Of a stretch of DNA of 58,458 nucleotides, positions 1 to 9,133 are shown piece by piece (position 1 is the first letter of the stretch; each line of letters opens with the position of its first letter). Under the pieces are notes generated by a model. The model ran no database searches. It had not been told where the DNA came from and saw only the letters and a program-made list of their open reading frames with translations. The translations under genes were made by a program, and so were the position numbers. Origin of the DNA: Ignavibacteria bacterium UBA6906 (GTDB lineage Bacteria; Bacteroidota; Ignavibacteria; UBA10030; UBA6906). The stretch is taken from positions 14,924 through 73,381 of the forward strand of contig DKBG01000127.1 of the NCBI GenBank assembly GCA_002451155.1. Direction: 5' to 3'.

Positions 1-47
1 CCCCCTGAACCCCATTCAGGTGCGCTACCGGGCTGCGCCACGCTCCG
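1..47 (-). tRNA. tRNA-Pro (anticodon GGG), 5' 47 nt only; the 3' part lies beyond the window start
   Basis: The reverse complement of 1-47 reads CGGAGCG-TG-GCGC-AGCCCGGTA-GCGC-A-CCTGA-ATGGGGT-TCAGG-GGG. This gives a 7-nt acceptor arm, U8, a 4-bp D stem, a 5-bp anticodon stem, and a 7-nt loop with U33, GGG, G37. Folded by eye, not with tRNAscan-SE. Confidence 0.75.
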
Positions 48-156
48 AGACTCGGTCCGGGCCGGACTCCATCATGTATTGTACACGGACTCAGAGTCCG
101 CTGACGGCCGACATTCGTCGCTTCAAGATAGGAAATTCCCGCGGGCTTCGCAAGGA

Positions 157-185
157 TTGGCAATTCGCCCCCCTTTTGGTATCTT
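157..185 (+). promoter_or_regulatory. Candidate sigma70-type promoter for the cco cluster
   Basis: TTGGCA (157-162), a 17-nt spacer ending in TGG (extended -10), then TATCTT (180-185). It lies about 55 nt upstream of the ccoI ATG at 246. Pattern match by eye only. Confidence 0.4.
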
Positions 186-245
186 TCATCGATTTCCCGC
201 ACCTACCCGTGCGCAGCGACTGACCTCTTCACCCAGTTTCCCGAA

Positions 246-2672
246 ATGATTCCTCTCGAGAATACAGACAACGTCACGGAGACGACCTGTTTCCATTGCG
301 GGGACGCCGTCAGAGAGAGCGGCGTACAGCACGATGGAAAGTCATTCTGCTGCGCAGGCTGCAAGGTCGTCTATGCTCTGCTCCAGGAAAACAACCTTGG
401 CCAGTACTATACGCTGTATTCCGCTCCTGGGCGGACCTCGACGTTCGAACATGGTGATCGGTTCTCCTATCTTAGTGACCCTGTGGTGGAACAGAAGCTC
501 CTTGATTTTACTGACGGTGCCACCAGCGCCGTGACATTCACGATCCCGCAGATACACTGTAGCTCCTGCGTCTGGCTGCTTGAGCGCCTATACATCGTCG
601 ATTCCGGAATCGTTCACGCGCGCGTCGACTTTCTCAAGAAACAGCTCAGGATACGTTTCGCCCGGTCGAAAACCTCTCTCCGCCGAGTTGTGGAGATACT
701 TGCCTCCCTGGGATACGAACCGGAGATCACTCTGGCCTCGGCCGCGCATCCTCCAACAGCGCATGTACAACGCACACTCTATTACAGGATTGGCATCGCG
801 GGATTCTGCTTCGGGAACATCATGCTCTTGAGTTTCCCCGAATATCTCTCGACGGCCGATATAGACCAGTCGCTCCGATACCTCTTTACGACATTGAGTC
901 TTTTTCTCTCTCTCCCGGTCATTCTGTATTCGGCCTCGGACTACTTTCGCTCGGCGTTCGCGGGACTCCGGAGGCGGGTCATCACAATCGACGTACCTCT
1001 CGCGATCGGCATCCTTATCCTGTTCCTGCGGAGTCTGTATGAAATTCTGCTCCTTGGCGAACCCGGTTATCTCGACTCCATGTCGGGCCTTGTCCTCCTC
1101 CTGCTGCTCGGCAGACTGTTCCAGGCGAAGACGTATGACCGGCTGAGCTTTGACCGGGACTACACCTCGTATTTTCCACTCGCCGTCACAACGCTCACAA
1201 ACGGCACTGAAACCGTTGTTCCTGTTTCCGGTATCCGGGCGGGGGACAGGATCCTTCTCCGCAATAATGAGATTGCCCCGGCCGACGGAATTCTCCTCAG
1301 AGGAAATGCCTCCCTTGATTACAGTTTTGTCACGGGGGAATCGCATCCTGTCGGCGTAGGAGCGGGGTCCATGATCTATGCCGGGGGCCGTCAGGTGGGA
1401 AGCACAATCGAAGTGGAGGTCCTCAGGGAGGTGTCGCGCAGTTACCTGACGCAACTCTGGAACGATGTTCCGGGGAACGACCGCGCCATCCGGTCCGTCA
1501 GCAGGATTGCCGATGCCACAGGAAAGTACTTCACCTTCGGTGTGGTTGCCTTTGCAGGTCTTGCCGCGTTGCTCTGGTTCCCGATCGATCCCTCAAAGGC
1601 CTGGAACGCAGTCACGGCTGTACTCATCGTTGCCTGTCCGTGCGCCATCGCTCTTTCCATCCCATTCACGTTTGGCATGACGCTTCGCATCTTCGGCCGT
1701 AACGGGCTGTATCTGAAGAATACGTCCGTGGTGGAACGACTGTCCCATGTTGACAGCATTGTATTCGACAAAACCGGGACCCTCACTCACGCACGCAGGT
1801 CCTCTGTGGAGTTTCAGGGGAGCGCGCTGACGTCCGCCGAGGAGTCGAAGATACTCTCTCTCGTACGTCACTCGCACCATCCGCTGAGCAGGGTTCTCAC
1901 ATGCAACCTTTCGGGTTTGCCGCGACGCGATGTGGTCAATTTCGTCGAGCAGGCAGGCCTGGGTCTTCAGGGATATGTCGACGGAGAGGAAATCAGGTTA
2001 GGCACGCGGGAATTTGCCCACGCGGAGAATGCAGCCGGACCCGCGAGCCAGGACGACCCTGAGCATTCCCGCGTCTGGGTTTCCATTGGTGGCACCTGTC
2101 GCGGGGCGTTTCTCTTCCACAACGTATACAGGGAGGGTCTGGATGAGCTGGTCACCGCGCTCGGGCATCGATACCGCCTTCATCTGGTTTCGGGCGACGC
2201 GCCATCTGAGCGCAAGGCCCTTGGCTCGCGGTTCGGCCAGATCGTCGATCTACACTTCCGGCACTCCCCGGCCGAGAAGCGCCAGTTTATTCAATCATTA
2301 CAGGAACGGGGACGGCGAGTACTGATGCTGGGAGACGGCCTGAACGACGCAGGGGCGCTGCGTCAGAGCGATGTCGGGGTCGCATTTACAGAAGACATCG
2401 CATCATTCTCTCCTGCCTGCGACGCGATTCTGGAGTCGGACGCCTTCCGTTCCCTTGACGATTTTCTCCGGCTGGCGAGGGAGAGTGTGTCGATCGTGCT
2501 TGCAAGTTTCGCAATTTCTCTCGTTTATAACGCCGCGGGGCTCTCGTTCGCGTTCAGGGGAGAGCTCTCTCCGCTTATTGCGGCAATCCTCATGCCCCTC
2601 AGTTCCATCACTGTTGTCGCATTCACAACTTTCAGCGTGCGCGCCCTGGCCCGGAAACGAGGTTTTCGCTGA
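246..2672 (+). CDS. ccoI: Cu(I)-translocating P1B-type ATPase, CcoI/FixI type (cbb3 oxidase maturation)
   Basis: 808 aa. N-terminal Cys-rich cation-ATPase metal-binding region (CFHCGD...CCAGCK). TM CPC motif (ACPCAIALS), DKTGTLT phosphorylation site, GDGLNDAGAL hinge. YN and MPLSS (MxxSS) TM motifs typical of Cu(I) pumps. First gene of the ccoS-ccoNO-ccoP-ccoG cluster. Confidence 0.9.
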   Translation: MIPLENTDNVTETTCFHCGDAVRESGVQHDGKSFCCAGCKVVYALLQENNLGQYYTLYSAPGRTSTFEHGDRFSYLSDPVVEQKLLDFTDGATSAVTFTIPQIHCSSCVWLLERLYIVDSGIVHARVDFLKKQLRIRFARSKTSLRRVVEILASLGYEPEITLASAAHPPTAHVQRTLYYRIGIAGFCFGNIMLLSFPEYLSTADIDQSLRYLFTTLSLFLSLPVILYSASDYFRSAFAGLRRRVITIDVPLAIGILILFLRSLYEILLLGEPGYLDSMSGLVLLLLLGRLFQAKTYDRLSFDRDYTSYFPLAVTTLTNGTETVVPVSGIRAGDRILLRNNEIAPADGILLRGNASLDYSFVTGESHPVGVGAGSMIYAGGRQVGSTIEVEVLREVSRSYLTQLWNDVPGNDRAIRSVSRIADATGKYFTFGVVAFAGLAALLWFPIDPSKAWNAVTAVLIVACPCAIALSIPFTFGMTLRIFGRNGLYLKNTSVVERLSHVDSIVFDKTGTLTHARRSSVEFQGSALTSAEESKILSLVRHSHHPLSRVLTCNLSGLPRRDVVNFVEQAGLGLQGYVDGEEIRLGTREFAHAENAAGPASQDDPEHSRVWVSIGGTCRGAFLFHNVYREGLDELVTALGHRYRLHLVSGDAPSERKALGSRFGQIVDLHFRHSPAEKRQFIQSLQERGRRVLMLGDGLNDAGALRQSDVGVAFTEDIASFSPACDAILESDAFRSLDDFLRLARESVSIVLASFAISLVYNAAGLSFAFRGELSPLIAAILMPLSSITVVAFTTFSVRALARKRGFR

Positions 2673-2851
2673 TGTCTGTCATCTTTGTTCTTATTGGATT
2701 TAGCCTTATTGTCGCCGGCGGGTTTCTGGTCGCGTTTCTCTGGGCGGTCCGGTCGGGACAATATGAGGACCGGCACACACCATCGATTCGTATTCTTTTT
2801 GAAGATCATCCCCCCGCATCGAAGCCAACAACCGTAGATCATCAACCATGA
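2672..2851 (+). CDS. ccoS: cbb3 oxidase maturation protein CcoS/FixS (59 aa; not in the supplied ORF track)
   Basis: Hand translation: MSVIFVLIGFSLIVAGGFLVAFLWAVRSGQYEDRHTPSIRILFEDHPPASKPTTVDHQP. It has a single TM helix plus the WAxxSGQ(Y/F)(E/D)D...P..IL.(E/D)D signature of FixS/CcoS. ATGA overlaps on both sides: the ccoI stop at 2670-2672 and the ccoNO start at 2848-2850. Confidence 0.85.
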   Translation: MSVIFVLIGFSLIVAGGFLVAFLWAVRSGQYEDRHTPSIRILFEDHPPASKPTTVDHQP

Positions 2852-4977
2852 CGAGCAGCATGCAACCTGACCGGTTTAGTTACGACAACAGGATCGTGAA
2901 ATACTTCGCGATCGCCACCATCGCCTGGGGTATTGTGGGGATGACCGTCGGGCTCCTGATCGCCTCACAGCTCTTTCATCCCCAGCTCAACTTCTCCACT
3001 GCATTTACCTCCTTCGGCCGGCTGCGACCACTGCACACGAACGCGGTGATATTCGCCTTCGTTGGGAATGCGATTTTTATGGGGGTGTATTACTCCCTGC
3101 AACGACTGTGCAAGGCAAGGATGTTCAATGATCTCCTGAGCCGTTTGCATTTCTGGGGCTGGCAGCTGATCATCGTCTTGGCAGCCGTGACCCTTCCCCT
3201 CGGGGCAACCACAAGCAAGGAGTATGCGGAGCTCGAGTGGCCGATTGACATCCTGATCGCGGTGGTCTGGGTGGTGTTCGCGATCAACATGTTCGGGACG
3301 ATATTCCGACGGCGTGAACGTCACCTGTACGTTGCAATCTGGTTTTATATCGCAACAGTTGTCACCGTTGCGGTCCTGCATATTGTGAACTCCTTCGAAA
3401 TTCCTGTCACCCTCCTCAAAAGCTATCCTCTCTACGCGGGTGTTCAGGACGCGCTGGTCCAGTGGTGGTACGGTCATAATGCGGTAGCGTTCTTTCTGAC
3501 CACTCCGTATCTGGGCCTGATGTATTATTTCCTTCCGAAGGCCGCAAACCGCCCTATTTACTCATACAGACTCTCAATAATTCATTTCTGGACGCTGATA
3601 TTCCTATACATCTGGGCCGGGCCTCACCATCTTCTCTACACTGCCCTCCCTGACTGGGCGCAATCTCTCGGCACAGTATTCTCGATCATGCTTCTCGCTC
3701 CATCCTGGGGTGGAATGATCAACGGCCTGCTAACCTTGCGGGGAGCGTGGGACAGAGTCCGGGAGGACCCGATTCTGAAATTCATGGTTGTTGCCGTGAC
3801 CGCCTACGGGATGTCCACGTTCGAAGGCCCGATGCTCTCGCTGAAGAACGTGAATGCCATCACCCACTTCACGGACTGGACCATATCGCACGCGCATGTT
3901 GGTGCGCTGGGCTGGAACGGTCTGCTCACCTTCGGCATTCTGTACTGGTTGATTCCCCGGATCTGGTCGACGCAACTCTATTCTCGCAAGATGGCAAATG
4001 CTCATTTCTGGGTTTCCCTGCTCGGAATTGTATTCTACACTTCGGGATTGTACTGGGCAGGCCTGACCCAGTCCCTGATGTGGAAACAGTTCACACCGCT
4101 CGGCACGTTGATGTACCCCAACTTCCTTGAAACAGTCCTTCAGATCCAGCCGATGTACATGATCCGCGCAGTCGGCGGACTCCTTTACCTCGCCGGCACG
4201 GTGCTGATGGTTGTCAATCTCGTCAAAACAACGCGACGCGGCACATTCCTCGCGGAGGAACATGCAGAGGCCCTTCCGCTCGACCGCCATGCCGCGGGTT
4301 GGACCGACTTTCGTCACCGCTGGCTGGAGAAACGGCCGATCCAATTCACCATTCTCGCGCTTGTCGCGGTTCTGATCGGGGGCATCGTGGAAATCGTTCC
4401 GACCTACGTGGTCAAGACCAACATCCCGACGATCGCCAGCGTCCAGCCATATACGCCGCTCGAATTGCACGGGCGCGACATCTACATTCGCGAGGGCTGC
4501 AATACCTGCCATTCACAAATGATACGCCCGTTCCGTTCTGAAACTGAACGGTACGGGGAATATTCCAAGGCCGGCGAGTTTGTCTACGACCACCCATTCC
4601 TCTGGGGCTCAAAGCGTACCGGACCCGACCTCCACAGGGTGGGAGGAAAATATCCTCACCTCTGGCACTATCTTCACATGAACGATCCGACCTCGATGTC
4701 GCCCGGATCCATCATGCCACCCTATCCGTGGTTGCTGACCAACGACCTTGACATCTCGACCACCTCAGCAAAGATTGACGCGCTCAGAAAGCTCGGAGTG
4801 CCGTACCCCCTCGGCTATGATGCGCGCGCGAATGAAGATCTCCGCGCCCAGGCGGAGGCCATCGCAACCGATCTCCATAATAACAATGTACCCGCCGACC
4901 CCGGGAAAGAGATCATCGCACTGATCGCGTACCTCCAGCGGCTCGGCACAGACATCAATGTACAACGTCCTCAGTGA
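2848..4977 (+). CDS. ccoNO: cbb3-type cytochrome c oxidase, fused subunits I and II (CcoN-CcoO)
   Basis: 709 aa. Polytopic N-terminal part with heme-copper oxidase motifs (GHNAVAFFLTTPYLG, WAGPHH, HAHVGALGW). The C-terminal part has one TM helix and the CcoO heme-c site CNTCHSQMIRPF followed by GPDL. Confidence 0.93.
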   Translation: MTSSMQPDRFSYDNRIVKYFAIATIAWGIVGMTVGLLIASQLFHPQLNFSTAFTSFGRLRPLHTNAVIFAFVGNAIFMGVYYSLQRLCKARMFNDLLSRLHFWGWQLIIVLAAVTLPLGATTSKEYAELEWPIDILIAVVWVVFAINMFGTIFRRRERHLYVAIWFYIATVVTVAVLHIVNSFEIPVTLLKSYPLYAGVQDALVQWWYGHNAVAFFLTTPYLGLMYYFLPKAANRPIYSYRLSIIHFWTLIFLYIWAGPHHLLYTALPDWAQSLGTVFSIMLLAPSWGGMINGLLTLRGAWDRVREDPILKFMVVAVTAYGMSTFEGPMLSLKNVNAITHFTDWTISHAHVGALGWNGLLTFGILYWLIPRIWSTQLYSRKMANAHFWVSLLGIVFYTSGLYWAGLTQSLMWKQFTPLGTLMYPNFLETVLQIQPMYMIRAVGGLLYLAGTVLMVVNLVKTTRRGTFLAEEHAEALPLDRHAAGWTDFRHRWLEKRPIQFTILALVAVLIGGIVEIVPTYVVKTNIPTIASVQPYTPLELHGRDIYIREGCNTCHSQMIRPFRSETERYGEYSKAGEFVYDHPFLWGSKRTGPDLHRVGGKYPHLWHYLHMNDPTSMSPGSIMPPYPWLLTNDLDISTTSAKIDALRKLGVPYPLGYDARANEDLRAQAEAIATDLHNNNVPADPGKEIIALIAYLQRLGTDINVQRPQ

Positions 4978-4987
4978 GCCCTAGCCG

Positions 4988-5179
4988 ATGATTGGAGAAT
5001 ATTTCAGATCGTTCCCCGGAATTGACCTCATCGGCATTGCCGGGCTTTTACTCTCTGTCGCCATCTTTTTCCTTGTTGTCATCCGGACCATTCGCGCAGA
5101 GCCATCGTTCCTTCTGCACATGTCACGACTCCCCTTGGACCCGGACGAGGAAATCACACGTCACACGACGGGAAGGTAG
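4988..5179 (+). CDS. ccoQ: Small single-TM protein in the CcoQ/FixQ position
   Basis: 63 aa with one hydrophobic helix (IGIAGLLLSVAIFFLVVI) followed by ...RLPLDPDEE. It sits between ccoNO and ccoP, where CcoQ-type subunits are found. Confidence 0.65.
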   Translation: MIGEYFRSFPGIDLIGIAGLLLSVAIFFLVVIRTIRAEPSFLLHMSRLPLDPDEEITRHTTGR

Positions 5180-5182
5180 GAT

Positions 5183-6010
5183 ATGTATCGTCACTCAGCG
5201 TTCGTACGACTCTTCCTGGCCGCAATGAGCGCAGCCGCAATTTTGTGCACACCCTCATCTTCCTTCGCTGCCTCCGCGGGGGATGGCGGCACCGAGTCCG
5301 CCCTCCTGATTACAGGCATCCTCACAATTGTTCTGGTAGCTATCGCTCTCCTGGCGCTCATGTTGCCAGAGGCGGATCTGACGCGGATCGGTGAGACCGT
5401 CGCGCGATCCCGACGCTATTTCATTTCGGGAACAACTGAAACCGTGGATACATTTGACCACGACTTCGACGGAATCACAGAGCTCGACAACCGTATACCT
5501 CCCTGGTTTTCCACTCTTTTCCTGGCAACAATTGTGTTCGCGGGAGGGTACATGATTGACTACCACGTTGTGCATTCCTCTCCACTCTCCGCCGAAGAAT
5601 ACCGGCAGGAGATGGCGGAGGCAGATCTCCAGCGACGCATCGCAACGGCCGGTCAGGGGTCCATCGACGAGGCACAGCTCGTTCCCCTGACCGATGCCAC
5701 TTCGCTGGAGCATGGAAGCCAGGAGTTTGCAAAATACTGCGTGTCCTGTCACGGAATTAATGCGCAGGGACTTGTCGGCCCCAATCTTACGGACGGCTAC
5801 TGGATCCACGGCGGGAGCATCCGGGATATCTACACAACGATCAAGCAGGGTGTTCCTGCAAAGGGAATGATCAGCTGGCAGCTTGTCTTCTCGCCGAAGG
5901 AGATTCAGGAGATTGCCAGTTATCTCCTTTCACTTCAGGGCACCAATCCCCCGGGGGCAAAGAAACCGGAGGGAGTGCTGGTCGTCAGTCAGGAACCGGC
6001 AACACCATGA
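5183..6010 (+). CDS. ccoP: cbb3-type cytochrome c oxidase subunit III (CcoP), single heme-c motif
   Basis: 275 aa. FDGITELDNRIPPWF matches the CcoP N-terminal motif. There is one CVSCHG site followed by GPNLTDGYWIHGG. An extra N-terminal signal-like and TM segment is present. Confidence 0.85.
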   Translation: MYRHSAFVRLFLAAMSAAAILCTPSSSFAASAGDGGTESALLITGILTIVLVAIALLALMLPEADLTRIGETVARSRRYFISGTTETVDTFDHDFDGITELDNRIPPWFSTLFLATIVFAGGYMIDYHVVHSSPLSAEEYRQEMAEADLQRRIATAGQGSIDEAQLVPLTDATSLEHGSQEFAKYCVSCHGINAQGLVGPNLTDGYWIHGGSIRDIYTTIKQGVPAKGMISWQLVFSPKEIQEIASYLLSLQGTNPPGAKKPEGVLVVSQEPATP

Positions 6011-7404
6011 GGGACGGTCACCCCGACTCATATCGCGACCGGCTCGGAATTGTCGACACGGAGGGCGGACGCCGGTGGATCTATCCGCGGAAACCTTCGG
6101 GGCGGTACTACCAGATGCGGACCGCACTCAGTTGCGTTCTGCTCGCACTTCTCTTCGGAATTCCATTTCTCACCGTGGATGGCCACCCTTTCATGCTCCT
6201 CAACGTGCTTGAACGGAATTTTATTCTGTTCGGCATTGCGTTCGGACCACACGATTTTTACCTCTTCGTTCTTACGTTTATCACGCTGATCGTTTTCCTC
6301 ATCCTGTTTACCGTTGTGTTCGGCCGACTCTTCTGCGGGTGGGTTTGCCCACAGACTGTGTTTATGGAGATGGTCTTTCGGAGGATCGACTACTGGATTG
6401 AGGGTGATCACCGGAGCCAGCGCCGGCTTCGTGAATCGCCCTGGACCCCGCAGAAGGCGGTTCGAAAAGGCGCGCGCTACCTTCTCTATTTCTTCATCTC
6501 CTTTCTGATCGGGAATACAGCTCTGGCATGGGTCATCGGGATCGATCAGCTCCGCACGATTGTGACTGATCCCCTTGTGAGCCATCCTGGCGGCCTGGCC
6601 GCAATGCTCGCGTTTTCCGCGCTCTTCTACTGGATTTTCATCTGGTTTCGAGAACAGGCCTGTATCCTTGTCTGTCCGTACGGGCGACTCCAAGGAGTTC
6701 TTCTCGACCGGAATTCCATTGTGATCGCCTACGATTACCTGCGGGGAGAACCTCGCGGCAAGTTGCGCCGGAAGGAGACGCGCAGCCATGGCGACTGTAT
6801 TGACTGCGAACTCTGTGTGGATGTATGCCCGACGGGAATCGATATTCGGAACGGGACCCAGCTGGAGTGCGTCAACTGCACGGCCTGTATCGATGCCTGT
6901 GACACCGTAATGGAAAAGGTGTCAAAGCCCAGGGGCCTCATACGCTATGCGTCCGCAGAGGGTATCGCGCGGGGAAGCGGATTTCGATGGACAGCTCGTG
7001 TTGTTTCGTATACCGTCGTGCTGGTTCTGCTGCTGGTCATCCTGACCCTCCTGCTCCTCAACCGGACGGAAATCGATGTCACCGTCCTACGCACCCCCGG
7101 CATGTTCTTTCAGGAACAGTCAGACGGGAGGGTAAGCAATGTATACGACGTGAAGATTCTCAACAAGACGTTCTCTCCCGCCGCGGTGACCCTCGATCTC
7201 GTCGGGGCAGAAGGGGAAATCAAGGTCATCGGCGCGCCGCTTACAATCCCTTCCCAGGGCGTACGGGAGGAAAAGATTCTCATCCTTGTTCCTCGTGCTG
7301 CCCTGACCGGCATCAGCACGCCGTTGACCATCAGAGTGTCACGCGGCGATCATGAAATTGAGACAATCCGGACCACGTTTCTCGGGCCCGGGAGGCAGGA
7401 ATGA
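6007..7404 (+). CDS. ccoG: CcoG/FixG 4Fe-4S membrane protein (cbb3 assembly, cupric reductase family)
   Basis: 465 aa. N-terminal TM helices and two ferredoxin-type clusters (CIDCELCVDVCP, CVNCTACIDACD). ATGA overlap with the ccoP stop. Confidence 0.9.
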   Translation: MRDGHPDSYRDRLGIVDTEGGRRWIYPRKPSGRYYQMRTALSCVLLALLFGIPFLTVDGHPFMLLNVLERNFILFGIAFGPHDFYLFVLTFITLIVFLILFTVVFGRLFCGWVCPQTVFMEMVFRRIDYWIEGDHRSQRRLRESPWTPQKAVRKGARYLLYFFISFLIGNTALAWVIGIDQLRTIVTDPLVSHPGGLAAMLAFSALFYWIFIWFREQACILVCPYGRLQGVLLDRNSIVIAYDYLRGEPRGKLRRKETRSHGDCIDCELCVDVCPTGIDIRNGTQLECVNCTACIDACDTVMEKVSKPRGLIRYASAEGIARGSGFRWTARVVSYTVVLVLLLVILTLLLLNRTEIDVTVLRTPGMFFQEQSDGRVSNVYDVKILNKTFSPAAVTLDLVGAEGEIKVIGAPLTIPSQGVREEKILILVPRAALTGISTPLTIRVSRGDHEIETIRTTFLGPGRQE

Positions 7405-7841
7405 AGATACATTGGGGCAAGAGCCTTGCTACCGCCTTCGGGCTCTTTGTGCTGGGGATCCTGGCCCTCGTGGTGTTTGCGGTCAGCCAGGATGTCGATC
7501 TTGTCACGGAGCATGCGTATGAGCGGGGGCTGGGGTATCAGAAGCAGATCGGCATCCTCCAGCGCACGGCCGCGCTTCAGCACAGGCTCGAACTCCGCAT
7601 CAGCGAGACCGATCTCGTCGTCACGTTTCCTCTCGACTCCGGGGGACGTCCCGCCGGAACAATCAGGCTGTATCGCCCTGCCGACCGGAGTCGCGATCTC
7701 GTCATCCCGGCAGATCCCGATTCTTCGGGTATCCAGGTCGTTCCTACCGGTGCTCTTGACCGCGGCCTCTGGCGTATCAAGGTCGCGTGGGAGCAGAACG
7801 GAAACGCGTACTATTCGGAACAACCAATCATGCTCTACTGA
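7401..7841 (+). CDS. FixH/CcoH-like protein
   Basis: 146 aa. N-terminal TM anchor (MKIHWGKSLATAFGLFVLGILALVVF) and a beta-rich periplasmic part. ATGA overlap with the ccoG stop, in the usual position downstream of ccoG. Confidence 0.72.
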   Translation: MKIHWGKSLATAFGLFVLGILALVVFAVSQDVDLVTEHAYERGLGYQKQIGILQRTAALQHRLELRISETDLVVTFPLDSGGRPAGTIRLYRPADRSRDLVIPADPDSSGIQVVPTGALDRGLWRIKVAWEQNGNAYYSEQPIMLY

Positions 7842-7850
7842 GCAGCGCGA

Positions 7851-8561
7851 ATGATGGACGCACTCACTGGTGCTCTCCTGGGGCTTGCAGGCAGCCTTCA
7901 CTGCGCTGCCATGTGCGGACCAATTGCTCTTGCCCTGCCAGTGGGGGGGGATTCGCGCGGGCGATTTCTGGCCGGAAGGCTTCTGTACAACGGAGGCCGC
8001 ATCGTAACGTACGTCATCCTCGGCGGCGTCCTCGGGTCCATCGGGGGCCTTTTCGCACTTGCCGGTTTGCAGCAGACACTCTCGATCGCTATCGGGGTGC
8101 TCATGCTCGCGGCGTTGCTGCTTCCTGGTTTTGTCCGTCGTCTCTCGTCGCTCTGGTCACCCGTCGCGGTCATCCATTCTCTGCTCCATCAACGGTTTGG
8201 ACGGTTTCTCCGCCACCGTTCACATCCTGCGTTGTTCGGTTTCGGGATGTTGAACGGATTTCTTCCCTGCGGGCTTCTGTACGCCGCGCTGGCCGCTGCC
8301 GCGGCCCTCGGAGACCCGTTCAGGGGAATGATCTTTCTCTGCACTTTCGGGGCCGGGACCCTCCCGGTCATGCTGAGCATCGGACTGGCCGGGAAATCGA
8401 TACGAATCGAGATTCGAAAGAGGATTGCTGCGGTCCTCCCGGTGTTTACATTAGCTCTTGCAATCCTGTTGATTCTACGCGGTTTGAATCTGGGAATCCC
8501 CTACGTCAGTCCTGCCCCACACCGATCAGGTGAGGCGGCAGCAGAACCAGGCTGCCACTGA
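7851..8561 (+). CDS. TauE/SafE- or DsbD_2-like polytopic membrane protein with N-terminal HCAAMCGP motif
   Basis: 236 aa, about 6 TM helices. Motifs GSLHCAAMCGP and LNGFLPCGLLY, with a C-terminal ...EPGCH. Last gene of the cco cluster, as seen in FCB-type cco loci. Confidence 0.7.
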   Translation: MMDALTGALLGLAGSLHCAAMCGPIALALPVGGDSRGRFLAGRLLYNGGRIVTYVILGGVLGSIGGLFALAGLQQTLSIAIGVLMLAALLLPGFVRRLSSLWSPVAVIHSLLHQRFGRFLRHRSHPALFGFGMLNGFLPCGLLYAALAAAAALGDPFRGMIFLCTFGAGTLPVMLSIGLAGKSIRIEIRKRIAAVLPVFTLALAILLILRGLNLGIPYVSPAPHRSGEAAAEPGCH

Positions 8562-8599
8562 CGTCACAGCCCCCCCCCGCGCGGTGGCCGGGAATGTCA

Positions 8600-8630
8600 A
8601 AGGGCACACGGATTGATTTCGTGTGCCCTT
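8600..8630. terminator. Bidirectional intrinsic terminator between convergent cco cluster and merR
   Basis: Perfect 11-bp stem AAGGGCACACG / CGTGTGCCCTT with a 9-nt loop. Followed by GTTCTTC on the + strand and TTGACATT on the - strand. Confidence 0.6.
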
Positions 8631-8664
8631 GTTCTTCAGACGCTGTAGCCCGGTTTCGGAGAGA

Positions 8665-9048
8665 TCAGCCGAGTTTCTTCAGAAGATCTTCCAGGAAGGT
8701 CTTTACCTCCACCATATCTGAGCGGAGTGTTTCATCCTTGATTTTGGCGCCCGTCTTCGGCGCGTCGATCAATTCAAGCTGTTCTCCCGAATCCACGTCG
8801 GGAGTGTAGTTCTTGAGGACCTGTTTTGCACCCTCAATCGTGTACCGTTCATCGCGCAATAGTTTCTTGATATACAGAATGAGCTTAATATCCCGGTTTG
8901 TATAGATCCGGTTTCCAGCCCGGTTTTTCGCCGGCTTCAGCTCATCAAATTCAGATTCCCAGTACCGAAGGACATACTGTTCCAGGTCGGTGATCTTGCT
9001 CACCTCGCTGATCGAGTAGTACAGTTTCTTGATTCCGAGCGATTTCAT
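8665..9048 (-). CDS. MerR-family transcriptional regulator
   Basis: HTH region KKLYYSISEVSKITDLEQYVLRYWESEFDELKPAKNRAGNRIYTNRDI. The start is set at ATG 9046-9048 (MKSLGIKK...). The longer track ORF (to 9171) would contain the promoter at 9087-9115 and would overlap the upstream gene. Confidence 0.82.
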   Translation of the reverse strand: MKSLGIKKLYYSISEVSKITDLEQYVLRYWESEFDELKPAKNRAGNRIYTNRDIKLILYIKKLLRDERYTIEGAKQVLKNYTPDVDSGEQLELIDAPKTGAKIKDETLRSDMVEVKTFLEDLLKKLG

Positions 9049-9086
9049 TGGACGCTGCGCTTGTAGGACTTCGGCCGGACAGTACG

Positions 9087-9115
9087 ATTGTACAGATTCC
9101 CCCAGAGAGATGCAA
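9087..9115 (-). promoter_or_regulatory. Candidate sigma70 promoter of merR
   Basis: The minus strand reads TTGCAT-N17-TACAAT, about 38 nt upstream of the merR ATG. Confidence 0.5.
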
Positions 9116-9133
9116 CCACATCTGATGAGCTTT

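Noticed and set aside
86-100. The palindrome CGGACTC-A-GAGTCCG, with the neighbouring GTCCGG-G-CCGGAC at 55-67, lies between tRNA-Pro and ccoI. It was considered as an operator or an FNR-type site for the cco cluster.
   Set aside because: It does not resemble the TTGAT-N4-ATCAA FNR/CRP consensus. It lies about 60 nt upstream of the cco -35 box, in the tRNA promoter region (a TACAAT -10 on the minus strand at about 76-81). Its function is undeterminable by eye.
20-223. A 67-aa ORF at the window start.
   Set aside because: It begins (GTG) inside the tRNA-Pro sequence on the opposite strand and runs through the ccoI promoter region. It has no coding features.
7787-8533. A 248-aa ORF in an alternative plus-strand frame over the TauE-like gene. 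Comparable out-of-frame ORFs lie at 26653-27417 and 36355-37281.
   Set aside because: The chosen frames give coherent TM-helix or GT motifs. The alternative frames are R/P/S-rich with no hydrophobic periodicity.
8570-8578. A C9 homopolymer just downstream of the TauE-like stop codon, considered as a phase-variation tract.
   Set aside because: It lies outside any coding region or promoter, between a stop codon and the terminator hairpin. Length changes would have no obvious effect.
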